DNA of 60,419 nt from Candidatus Omnitrophota bacterium (GTDB lineage Bacteria > Omnitrophota > Gorgyraeia > Zapsychrales > JANLHA01), in contig JACKFI010000010.1 of NCBI GenBank assembly GCA_020632555.1, positions 1 through 60,419 on the forward strand. Direction: 5' to 3'. Shown piece by piece: positions 7,148 through 14,973 of this stretch (its first letter is position 1; every line of letters starts with the position of its first letter). The position numbers and the translations under genes were made by a program. Below the pieces are notes generated by a model that was not told where the DNA came from, ran no database searches, and saw only the letters and a list, made by a program, of their open reading frames with translations.

Positions 7148-9130
7148 TCATTGAGCATGGTCATTTAAGGTATCGGTTAATTGTTTATGAAGAGTTTGGG
7201 CTTGGGAGGCAAAATGACTGTTGGCGTAGCGGCTCAGAGCCAAATTTTGAATAAAAAAATCATATTTTCGCAAGGTGAAAAGCTTTAAATCCTTCCCGTG
7301 GTCATCGGTATCTTTAATAGCTATTAAGTAAGACTTGATTTTTAGGAGCATTGCTTCTGCTTTAATAAAATCCAAATTATTCAGGGCGTATAATTGGGCT
7401 AGATCAATGGATGTGATGATCAGAGAAAAATAATCTGATTCTTGTTTTGATTTTATTGAGGAGAGTGATTCCATGGCTTTTTCATAATCGAGTATGGCGC
7501 TGTGATATTCTTTTCGCCAGCGATTCACACCGGCGGATGCTTGTAAGGCATGTGCCGCTAGACGATGATCTTGAATGTTGTCAGCATATTGCCAGCAGGC
7601 ATGATAGCAATTTAATATCTTAAAATAAGAATCGGGTATTGATACTTGAGATTCCTGGATGGTGGACTCTCTTGGGGTAAAGATTAGGCGCTCAAGCAAT
7701 ATTTCGTTTGATTTGTCCGCGAGCGTGCAGAAACTTTGTGCCAGGAGTTTGGGATTGTTGGTTTTTTGGGCTTGCGCAAGGTGTTGTTTTAACGATGTTA
7801 TTTCTAAAGAATCATCTGGCGATGGGATGGTTAATTGTGTCAGGTGATTTTGTTTATTTGCAGGATAGACTTGTGTGGTTAGTTTTTGAGTTGAGGTAAA
7901 ATTGTCAACCAAGGTTATCGAATGAGGCCGGCGAATATTTTTAGATTTCAATAAGATGAATCCTGTGAGCAACACAATTCCTAACAGTCCGATTATGAGT
8001 AAAAGAATATTCTTTGTGGTGATCTTGCTCCAAGCCGATTTCTTTAAAGAAGATTTTAATCCTCTGGGAAATGGCGAATATTTGGGATCGCCGTAGAGAA
8101 CGTAACCAGCCCAGACGATATTTTCTTCGCCAAATTCTTTCATTGCTTTAAGTCTGGCTTGGCGCAAAGCCTCTCCAATGGCAGCTCCCTTTTGGATGTA
8201 TTTGTAAAATTCGCTGGCGATGATAAGCCCAACAGAATCCGGAATTTCCCAGAGTGTTCCTACATAATGGCGGATGCCAGCAGTGAGGAAAGCATGAACG
8301 AGCCCAAAACATTTTTGTTCATAATCGTCACTAATATTTACGGAAGCAATATGCGCGGATTGGCAGGAATTTAGAAAAATAAATAATGGAAAGGCAGATC
8401 CTCCCTGCATGTTCTGAATTTCCTTGGGAGAAAATAGGCCGTCGGATAGTCGACAGCCTCCTAAGGATTGTTGGTTCTCGATTGGATCGGTGTGTCCGGC
8501 AAAATGGACAAAATCATAATCGCGGATGTTGCGCGTTACGTAATCAACAGTGATTTCTCCGGTTTTAGTCGACACAGCCAGGATTTCCCGGTTGCAATCC
8601 AGATGTTCACGAATCAGTTGAATTTCCTTTCGTGCGCCGGGTAGATCACCGGTCGCATCAGCCAGCAGTAACATTTTTAGGGGAAATCGGGGTTGACGTT
8701 GAGCTTGATCGATTAATGGTTGTGTTGTGATGACGCGGCGCCCTACATTGAATGCTAAACAGAGAAAGTTTTCCCCGTTAAAAAGCAGTTCCCAGGGAAT
8801 AAAAACCAGTGGTTCATCAAGTCGGATCACCAGATTTTCACAGGTGGTTTTTTTTATTTGATCTTTGACTCGTCTTGTGAGCAGGCGATCATAAAGAATG
8901 TGACAGATTTGCTTTAATTCTTGGAGTAATCCAGAAGATAATCGTCCTAAGGTATTGGACTTGTTTAAGAGGAGCCGGACTTCGCAGCAAAGATTTTCAA
9001 TTTCTTTGAAATTAAAAGAAATTTCTTCTGATTGATAAAAGGGAGTATTTTCATCAGAAATGCTGATGATCAGCATATTTTGTTTGCTGGAAATATCCAG
9101 AAATAAGGATGTTGAAGGGGTTTTTATCAT
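7148..9130 (-). CDS. membrane-anchored CHAT-domain (caspase-like) protease with C-terminal helical-repeat domain
   Basis: CHAT hallmarks are IPWELL, the His motif FVHFAGH (H213) and the Cys motif FIFLNSCQSA (C256). A single TM helix ILLLIIGLLGIVLLTGFILL spans about aa 375-394. The following roughly 265 aa are helical and TPR-like. There is no signal peptide. The start overlaps the upstream stop (TAATG). Confidence 0.8.
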   Translation of the reverse strand: MIKTPSTSLFLDISSKQNMLIISISDENTPFYQSEEISFNFKEIENLCCEVRLLLNKSNTLGRLSSGLLQELKQICHILYDRLLTRRVKDQIKKTTCENLVIRLDEPLVFIPWELLFNGENFLCLAFNVGRRVITTQPLIDQAQRQPRFPLKMLLLADATGDLPGARKEIQLIREHLDCNREILAVSTKTGEITVDYVTRNIRDYDFVHFAGHTDPIENQQSLGGCRLSDGLFSPKEIQNMQGGSAFPLFIFLNSCQSAHIASVNISDDYEQKCFGLVHAFLTAGIRHYVGTLWEIPDSVGLIIASEFYKYIQKGAAIGEALRQARLKAMKEFGEENIVWAGYVLYGDPKYSPFPRGLKSSLKKSAWSKITTKNILLLIIGLLGIVLLTGFILLKSKNIRRPHSITLVDNFTSTQKLTTQVYPANKQNHLTQLTIPSPDDSLEITSLKQHLAQAQKTNNPKLLAQSFCTLADKSNEILLERLIFTPRESTIQESQVSIPDSYFKILNCYHACWQYADNIQDHRLAAHALQASAGVNRWRKEYHSAILDYEKAMESLSSIKSKQESDYFSLIITSIDLAQLYALNNLDFIKAEAMLLKIKSYLIAIKDTDDHGKDLKLFTLRKYDFFIQNLALSRYANSHFASQAQTLHKQLTDTLNDHAQ

Positions 9131-9789
9131 TATTCTTGATACAGTTCTAAGCTAATTCTGGCAATTGGATGATGCGTCGCGGTGATGTCGACAACATACC
9201 GTCCATCGCGCATGTTTTCAAAGTTGGTTTTGCCTTTATCGGTGATATGGGATTCTAACTCCATATCGTTTTCCAAAAGAGTGATGCGAAAATCATTGAC
9301 GGGGGTATGTGTTTTGAGATCTTGCGCGCAAATGACAATTCGGTTTGTTGAATTTTGGGCACGTTCGATTTCCACTTGAATACCAACCGCGCTAAAATCT
9401 TTCTTGATCAGAATAGTTTTGGGGTTCTGGGCAGTCTGACCTCGCAAAGGTTGTGCATAAGACAGGATCGGATTAACAAAAACACCATCGGATTTGAACA
9501 TTTTAACTGCGTCTTTGGTAAAGTGAACCACCAAACTCCAAACGCGTGTTCCAAATGGTTGATGGACCAGGTTTTTGGCGTTTTGAATCACATGTTTTGG
9601 CACAGTTGGCAGATTTTCAGGTGTAATAAGTTTTGCGATCTCTTTTTGAATTCGAACTTCTTCTTGTAGGGCAAGATCATCTTTGATCAAATGGGCAATT
9701 GCTTTTTGTTCTTTGACGGACAATAATCCTTCCGCAAAATATCCGAGCAATTCATCTTGATTCTTATTCCAACACAATTTCTTAGTCAT
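9130..9789 (-). CDS. soluble anti-sigma-factor-like protein (hypothetical)
   Basis: Sits immediately after the ECF sigma gene. The ATG at 9789 is preceded by GAGGG with 5-6 nt spacing and overlaps the sigma stop (ATGACTAA); the longest ORF would start at 9834. The N-terminus (CWNKNQDELLGYFAEGLLSVKEQKAIAHL) resembles a ZAS-type anti-sigma helix but lacks the CxxC. No TM helix. The C-terminus is beta-rich (GRYVVDI, CarboxypepD_reg-like). Confidence 0.4.
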   Translation of the reverse strand: MTKKLCWNKNQDELLGYFAEGLLSVKEQKAIAHLIKDDLALQEEVRIQKEIAKLITPENLPTVPKHVIQNAKNLVHQPFGTRVWSLVVHFTKDAVKMFKSDGVFVNPILSYAQPLRGQTAQNPKTILIKKDFSAVGIQVEIERAQNSTNRIVICAQDLKTHTPVNDFRITLLENDMELESHITDKGKTNFENMRDGRYVVDITATHHPIARISLELYQE

Positions 9790-10402
9790 GATTTCCCTCA
9801 TTGCTGATTGGGTTAAGCTGTTGGATATCAGCATAATTTCTTAATTTATTTAAAACTCGATTTTTTCGGACATAAAGGGTATCAACGGAAATGAGAAATT
9901 TATCTGATATTTCCTGGGCAGACAAATGATCAAAATAGCACATTTCCAGAATCTTTCGTTCGTCGGTCGACAATTGTGCTAATAAAGCTTTAAGCTGTTC
10001 AGCGGTGTCGATTCTTTCTTGTTCACTTTTGGGACAGGTTATTTCCATGTCTTGGATCAAGCGGGTGTAGGGACCGTTTTCCATGAGAACATCATCGATT
10101 CCGATATATTTATTGCTTTTCTTTAAATAATTAATGGTATGACAAACAGCTATTCTCCGCAGATAGGCCAATAGACAGGGTTTGTTGTCGCCTTTGAATT
10201 GTTTTAATCCTTTGTCCAGAAGAATAACAAAGACATCCTGACACAATTCGTCGGTATCATTCGAATTTATGCGGCGTCCATACCCATGCGCGGTACGCAG
10301 AATGCAATGATAAATCCAGCGGGAATAGTCATCGACGAATGTATCCCATGCGATTTTGTTGTTTGAAAGACATTGTTTGATTAATTCTGATGTTTGATCC
10401 AT
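9782..10402 (-). CDS. ECF-type RNA polymerase sigma-70 family factor
   Basis: Region 2 (ELCQDVFVILLDKGLKQF...AYLRRIAVCHTINYLKK) and the region 4.2 HTH (LSAQEISDKFLISVDTLYVRKNRVLNKLR) are present. At 206 aa it has no region 1 or 3. Confidence 0.85.
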   Translation of the reverse strand: MDQTSELIKQCLSNNKIAWDTFVDDYSRWIYHCILRTAHGYGRRINSNDTDELCQDVFVILLDKGLKQFKGDNKPCLLAYLRRIAVCHTINYLKKSNKYIGIDDVLMENGPYTRLIQDMEITCPKSEQERIDTAEQLKALLAQLSTDERKILEMCYFDHLSAQEISDKFLISVDTLYVRKNRVLNKLRNYADIQQLNPISNEGNHD

Positions 10403-10407
10403 AAGAT

Positions 10408-11166
10408 TTATTCTCGGTGATTTGTGAATGCGGTGGCTTTTAACTGGATAAGGTCTAAAGCGTATTCACCTTTTTCATCAAAGATTGAAACACAATTCTT
10501 TTGGTTTACGGAGTCATTATTATGTGAGCAAATCATGAATTTTTGCTTACATAAACATTCTTTCTCTTGTTGGCGGGAATTTCCGGACGCCAGGAGAATA
10601 TCATCATAATAATAGGTTCCGTCCCAGTAATTGAAAAATTCAATTTTAGTCACGTGTTTGAGATCAAAATCTTGCGGTAAATCGTTGAAATAAATTTCTA
10701 AGCGGGTCCATTCTCTGTATTTGGCGCGTTGATTTTCTTTTGTCCAGATGCCGACGCCAGTATCTTGATACTGCCCTTGATCGAAGAATTTGAGCATAAC
10801 GGTGTGGTCGCCCACCTGTGAGGGATCAGACCAGATCCAGAATGATATTCGGTCATAACAGTATTCGATGAAATTCATATTGAAGCTTTGTGTTGCAGAA
10901 ATAATTGCTGTGCCGGCGTGAACCTTGGGACCTTGCGGAACGGTTACCGCCCAGGAATAGGTTCCGCTGTGCACCGGTTCTCCGGGGGCTGACCGTTGGA
11001 CAACCGCTTCGTTAAAGCCCCAGCCATATTCTATTGGCAATGAGTCGCGATTGTCCCGATGAGGGGTCCCATTATTATTTTCAAAATTCTGGTATATTGT
11101 TTCGGAAAAACAGCTAGCTGACAGTATTTGGAAAAAAAATAGAATAGTACTTATTAAAACACGCAT
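10408..11166 (-). CDS. secreted CBM-like beta-sandwich protein, paralogous to two modules of the giant GH5 protein
   Basis: Signal peptide MRVLISTILFFFQILSASC. Shares an ordered motif set with giant-protein aa ~498-650 and ~655-830: FENNNGT / GEPVHSG.YSW / RISFWIW / VMLKFFD / W.......W / DLPQDFDLKHVTKIEFFNYWDGTYYYDDI. The stop is 5 nt before the sigma gene start. Confidence 0.6.
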   Translation of the reverse strand: MRVLISTILFFFQILSASCFSETIYQNFENNNGTPHRDNRDSLPIEYGWGFNEAVVQRSAPGEPVHSGTYSWAVTVPQGPKVHAGTAIISATQSFNMNFIEYCYDRISFWIWSDPSQVGDHTVMLKFFDQGQYQDTGVGIWTKENQRAKYREWTRLEIYFNDLPQDFDLKHVTKIEFFNYWDGTYYYDDILLASGNSRQQEKECLCKQKFMICSHNNDSVNQKNCVSIFDEKGEYALDLIQLKATAFTNHRE

Positions 11167-11237
11167 AGGGTTTATCTTAAAATAGTATTTCTGTTAACAG
11201 ATCTTTTGGTCGTAAGTATATTAGTGTATTTGCTACA

Positions 11238-11265
11238 TTAGACAAAATTGTTGGGGAAATCTTAC
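11238..11265 (-). promoter_or_regulatory. candidate ECF-type (autoregulatory) promoter of the beta-sandwich/sigma/anti-sigma/CHAT operon (GTAAGA-N16-GTCTAA)
   Basis: The minus strand reads TTGTAAGATTT-ccccaacaat-TTTGTCTAATGT, about 72 nt upstream of the ATG at 11166. It matches the motif at 7104..7131 in both half-sites and in spacing. Confidence 0.5.
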
Positions 11266-11364
11266 AAGTATTTTTTTATCAAAAATTCTTGAGTTTATTT
11301 GTTTAGGGTGAGGCGCCTCACAATGTTGGTGATTATAAAGATTTTTAAGCTCAAAGGCAATGGC

Positions 11365-11380
11365 AAAGATTGCTACAATT
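11365..11380. repeat. 16-bp direct repeat flanking the IS, left copy (AAAGATTGCTACAATT)
   Basis: Perfect copy of 12869..12884, directly abutting the IS left end. Confidence 0.85.
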
Positions 11381-12868
11381 TGGGAATGATACCATTGATC
11401 CTTACCCCCTGATCCCTGCGGAGGCGACGAAAATTTTATGCATCACAGACTCAGTTTTTCAAACCATCAAACAGCAATATCTGGCATTTTGCCAAGGTCT
11501 CAGGACACGTCCCAAAATAAAATCTTTCGCTACAGGTCAATTACGAAAGAAATATTCACTAAAAAATCAACCCATGGCCCAATCTCAACATTTTTCGGCC
11601 TACGAGCCCAGCACAGCCATCACCGTCAATGAATGTGATTACCGCCGTTGGTGCCGCGTTGCCGAATGGTTTAACCAATACGGACCTGATGCCGAATATT
11701 AAAAAAAATCTGTTGATCAAATAGAAATGGACACATAATGGCTCCAAGAATCCGTCGCAGGATTAGAAAGGAGTCCAATAACTTATGTGTCCGTATAAAT
11801 ATTATCATGTTATGAGACAAAGCAAAGATAAAAAACAGTGGCGTTACCAGATGGTTCAAAAGGCTCTGGAGATCGGTATCAAGCCTACAGCCAGACTTTT
11901 TGCAACCTTCCCATCGGTGGTACGCAAATGGGTCAAACGCTTCGAGGTCGAAGGTTATGCCGGCCTGGAAGATCGCTCTCACAAACCCCACTACTGCCCC
12001 GGCACCACACCAGAATCTATGAAAAAATTCATCGTCAATCTAAAAAGCAAATACAAGCGTTTGGGTGCAGAACATATCCGGGACTTAGAAGGTTTAACTT
12101 GCGCCCCCAAGACCATGCGCAAAATATGGAAAGAGGCCGGCATCCCCTCGAGAAAACGACCCAAAAAACATGTCACAAAGAACAACCTGCGTGCTGTAAA
12201 AATGCTCTTTGAACTCTTCGAGCAATCCATGGAGGACACCAAAGACCTCATGGATATTCCCGAATACTTCCTCCAAGCTAAATTGCTTAATCTGCCCAAA
12301 GTTCAATACACCTTCCGGGAAGTCTCCTGCGGCATTCTTTTCACAGGCTTTGCCAATAATCTCTCGCTAACACATTCGCAACTATTTGCCGTCTATATTA
12401 ACCACTTCCTCAAGAAATTTAACGCCCTACCGGAATCAGCCATGCGACAAACTGATAACGGCAGCGAATTTATCGGCTCATGGAATGCTAAACAATCTTC
12501 TGCCTATACCAAAACCATTGAATCCATCCCAGGCCAATGGCATAACACCATTTTCCCCGGCGCACATCGCATGCAATCTGACGTCGAGACGATTCACAAT
12601 CTCATGGAGATGGAATTCTTTGAGATTGAACAATTCAAGAATAGGGCGGACTTCTTTAACAAAGCCACGTCCTATCAATTATTCTTCAACCTGCATCGCA
12701 CAAACTCTTACAAAGAACACAAAACACCTTGGCAACTGGCTCAAGAAAAGAAACCAGACTTGGACAAGCGTTTGCTTATGGTTCCTCCGGTCGATCTCGA
12801 TAAACTTCTGAGCTGGAAAATATCTCTTACTCAATCAAAGGGGGGTAACGATCACTTGACCGTTCCCT
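11381..12868 (+). mobile_element. insertion sequence, rve/DDE transposase type (IS481-like; subfamily uncertain), 1488 bp
   Basis: Imperfect terminal inverted repeats: left end tGGGAATGATACCATTGATCCTTACCCCC against the reverse complement of the right end aGGGAACGGTCAAGTGATCGTTACCCCC (about 22 of 28 positions). It is bracketed by a perfect 16-bp direct repeat and carries one transposase ORF. Confidence 0.75.
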
Positions 12869-12870
12869 AA
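11785..12870 (+). CDS. DDE (rve) transposase, IS481-like
   Basis: N-terminal HTH plus AGLEDRSHKPHYCP (IS481-type DRSxxPH motif). The rve core has QTDNGSEF and SDVETIHNLME (the E of the DDE triad). The stop codon TAA (12868-12870) spans the IS/flank junction. Confidence 0.8.
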   Translation: MCPYKYYHVMRQSKDKKQWRYQMVQKALEIGIKPTARLFATFPSVVRKWVKRFEVEGYAGLEDRSHKPHYCPGTTPESMKKFIVNLKSKYKRLGAEHIRDLEGLTCAPKTMRKIWKEAGIPSRKRPKKHVTKNNLRAVKMLFELFEQSMEDTKDLMDIPEYFLQAKLLNLPKVQYTFREVSCGILFTGFANNLSLTHSQLFAVYINHFLKKFNALPESAMRQTDNGSEFIGSWNAKQSSAYTKTIESIPGQWHNTIFPGAHRMQSDVETIHNLMEMEFFEIEQFKNRADFFNKATSYQLFFNLHRTNSYKEHKTPWQLAQEKKPDLDKRLLMVPPVDLDKLLSWKISLTQSKGGNDHLTVP

Positions 12871-12884
12871 AGATTGCTACAATT
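12869..12884. repeat. 16-bp direct repeat flanking the IS, right copy
   Basis: AAAGATTGCTACAATT, identical to 11365..11380. Confidence 0.85.
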
Positions 12885-12948
12885 CGTCTCTTCCCTATTA
12901 GGGTCTTATTTGCTATGATGGACAGCAAATTTTGTAAAGGGTTCTCAA

Positions 12949-14634
12949 ATGTTAACACAACTGACAATTGAAAATTTTGGTTTGATTGAACGGGTGACGG
13001 TTGAATTTGTCGAAAAATTAAATATTTTGACAGGTTCTACTGGTGCGGGAAAGTCTATTCTGATTGATGGGCTACGTTTTGCTCTGGGGGAAAGGCTTAA
13101 TTCCGCACAAATTCGTGATGCGAATAAACCTTGCCTGATTGAAATTGTTTTTGAATTACGTGATCCTAAATTACGAGCCAATGACGTGATTAAGGAATAT
13201 TTGACGGATGAGGATCAGCAATTGATTATTAATCGGCAATATTTGCCGGATGGCCGGACGAAGATTAAGGTCAATGGTTTTAATATTACAGTTGCCCAGT
13301 TAAAAGTTCTGGGAAATTTTTTGATTGATTTTCATGGGGCGCATGATCATCAACTTCTTTTGGCGCAAGAACAGCATATTGGGGTTTTGGATCAATTGAC
13401 AGATTTTGGTTCGGCGCAGGATGTTTATCGAGTTGAGTATCAGAAATATTTGCAGATTAAGAAAGAATTGGCGGGTTTGGAAGAGTTATCAGCGTCGCGG
13501 GATCGTGATCTTGAACTTGTCTCTCATCAAGTCAAAGAATTAGAGCAAGTTGTTTTAACGCAGGAAGCGTATCAAAAAGTTTGTGAAGAACAATCTCGAA
13601 TCAATAATGCTGAGAAATTGTATGGCCATGCGGCCGCGCTTTTGCAAATTCTTGAAGGCGATGATGGCAGTTTGGCGGATATTGTTCGCCGCTCATTCTC
13701 CCCTTTGCGCAGTTTAATGGCGGTTGATGCTAAGACCAGTGTGTTTGAAGAGTATTTGAATAATATTCAGGAGAACAGCGAACAATTATTAAGTGAATTG
13801 CGGGATTATTTGGAGCGGCTTTCTTTTGAACCGGCAGAAGCCGCGCAAATCAGTCAAAAGTATGATATCTATGACGATATTAAACGCAAATATGGACCTT
13901 CTATAGAAGATGTGGCTGCGTTTTTTTCTGATGTAAAAGAAAAATATCATGCGCTGCTTAATTTCGAGGAAAATGATGCTCAATTGCGTCAAAATTTAAA
14001 TGATGCTCAAAAAGAATTAAAGAAGTTGGCTCAGAAGTTGACCACCGCTCGTAAAAAAAGTGCGGGGCTTTTAAAAGCAACGATTGAAAAAGAACTCAAA
14101 GATTTGGGCATTGATCATGTTTCTTTTGAGGCCCGTATTTTACTGGATGATTTTCATGCGAGTGGTTGTGATCAAGTTGTTTTTTATATCAGCCCGAATG
14201 CGGGTGAAGATTTGAAGCCTTTAGCGGAAATTGTTTCTTCGGGCGAAGCGGCGCGGCTGATGTTGGCTTTAAAGAAAGCCTTGATCAAAGTCGATCCGAT
14301 TCCGGTTTTGATCTTTGATGAAATTGACGCGCAAATCGGCGGGCGTTTGGGCACGATTACAGGTAAAAAATTAAAAGAATTGTCAGAGCATCGGCAAGTG
14401 ATTTTGATCACTCACCTGCCGCAAATCGCGTCTTTCGCGGACAGCCATTTTAAAGTTATCAAAAAAGTCAGCGGCGGGCGGACTATCACAACGGTTAATT
14501 TATTGGATAAAGCAGCGCGGGTTGAAGAATTAGCTGAAATGATGAGTGGCAAGCCTTCTGCGGACAGTAAATCGCAGAGCGATATATCTCTGTCACATGC
14601 GCAGGCGATGTTAAGCAGCGCAAAGAAACAATAA
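12949..14634 (+). CDS. recN: DNA repair protein RecN
   Basis: N-terminus LTIENFGLIERVTVEFVEKLNILTGSTGAGKSILIDGL (Walker A), a long coiled coil, and C-terminal SGGEAARLMLALK / LIFDEIDAQIGG (signature and Walker B). 561 aa. Confidence 0.9.
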   Translation: MLTQLTIENFGLIERVTVEFVEKLNILTGSTGAGKSILIDGLRFALGERLNSAQIRDANKPCLIEIVFELRDPKLRANDVIKEYLTDEDQQLIINRQYLPDGRTKIKVNGFNITVAQLKVLGNFLIDFHGAHDHQLLLAQEQHIGVLDQLTDFGSAQDVYRVEYQKYLQIKKELAGLEELSASRDRDLELVSHQVKELEQVVLTQEAYQKVCEEQSRINNAEKLYGHAAALLQILEGDDGSLADIVRRSFSPLRSLMAVDAKTSVFEEYLNNIQENSEQLLSELRDYLERLSFEPAEAAQISQKYDIYDDIKRKYGPSIEDVAAFFSDVKEKYHALLNFEENDAQLRQNLNDAQKELKKLAQKLTTARKKSAGLLKATIEKELKDLGIDHVSFEARILLDDFHASGCDQVVFYISPNAGEDLKPLAEIVSSGEAARLMLALKKALIKVDPIPVLIFDEIDAQIGGRLGTITGKKLKELSEHRQVILITHLPQIASFADSHFKVIKKVSGGRTITTVNLLDKAARVEELAEMMSGKPSADSKSQSDISLSHAQAMLSSAKKQ

Positions 14635-14652
14635 AATTATTAACTTATATTT

Positions 14653-14787
14653 GTCATTGCGAACGAAGCGTCAACCATCAAGGTTGACGCGAGAGTGCAG
14701 AAGTTAGGAAACTTCTGACGAAGCGTCAACCATCAAGGTTGACGCGAGAGTGCAGAAGTTAGGAAACTTCTGCCGCAGTGAAGCAAT
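14653..14787. repeat. nested palindromic element (GTCATTGCGA...GAAGCAATC ends) carrying a perfect 55-bp tandem duplication
   Basis: The units 14663..14717 and 14718..14772 are identical. Each holds two hairpins, GCGTCAACC-atcaa-GGTTGACGC and GCAGAAGTT-aggaa-AACTTCTGC. Confidence 0.9.
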
Positions 14788-14803
14788 CTTTTTTAAATTT
14801 GTT

Positions 14804-14949
14804 ATCCCCGAAGGCTACTGTCGGGGATCCACTTATAAATAATGGATTCCCTTTAAAAGCCCACCACAAAACATTGGGGGGTAAAATTACGGGGATGACA
14901 GTAAGGATAGGATTGCTTCGTCGCCCTTGAAAGGGCTTCTCGCAACGAC
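14804..14949. repeat. cluster of three short palindromic modules
   Basis: Three modules: ATCCCCG-n11-CGGGGAT (14804..14828), GGATTCCC...GGGGATGAC (14844..14899) and GATTGCTTC-g-TCGCCCTTgaaAGGGCttc-TCGCAACGAC (14911..14949). The same module types recur at 58034..58223. Confidence 0.8.
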
Positions 14950-14973
14950 ATATAACAAGACAAGGAGTAAGAC

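Noticed and set aside
7148-9130. CHAT protease as part of a type III-E CRISPR (Craspase) locus
   Set aside because: No cas7-11/gRAMP, csx30/31-like large genes, cas1/2 or repeat-spacer array occurs anywhere in the window. The CHAT protein is also membrane-anchored. It is treated instead as a CRISPR-independent analogue.
11370-11702. 110-codon ORF in the left arm of the IS
   Set aside because: It needs a TTG start lying in the flanking direct repeat outside the IS, has no recognisable domain and no SD. It is kept only as a possible degraded N-terminal or leader region of the transposase.
11671-12299. Minus-strand ORFs (11671..11991, 11991..12299, 12094..12306) and the alternative plus-frame ORFs 11838..12212 and 12386..12811
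   Set aside because: All overlap the rve transposase frame, which has clear HTH and DDE motifs. None has motifs of its own.
14663-14772. 55-bp direct repeats as a possible CRISPR array
   Set aside because: There are only two units, directly adjacent with no spacer, and no cas genes. The units are themselves double hairpins embedded in a palindromic element.
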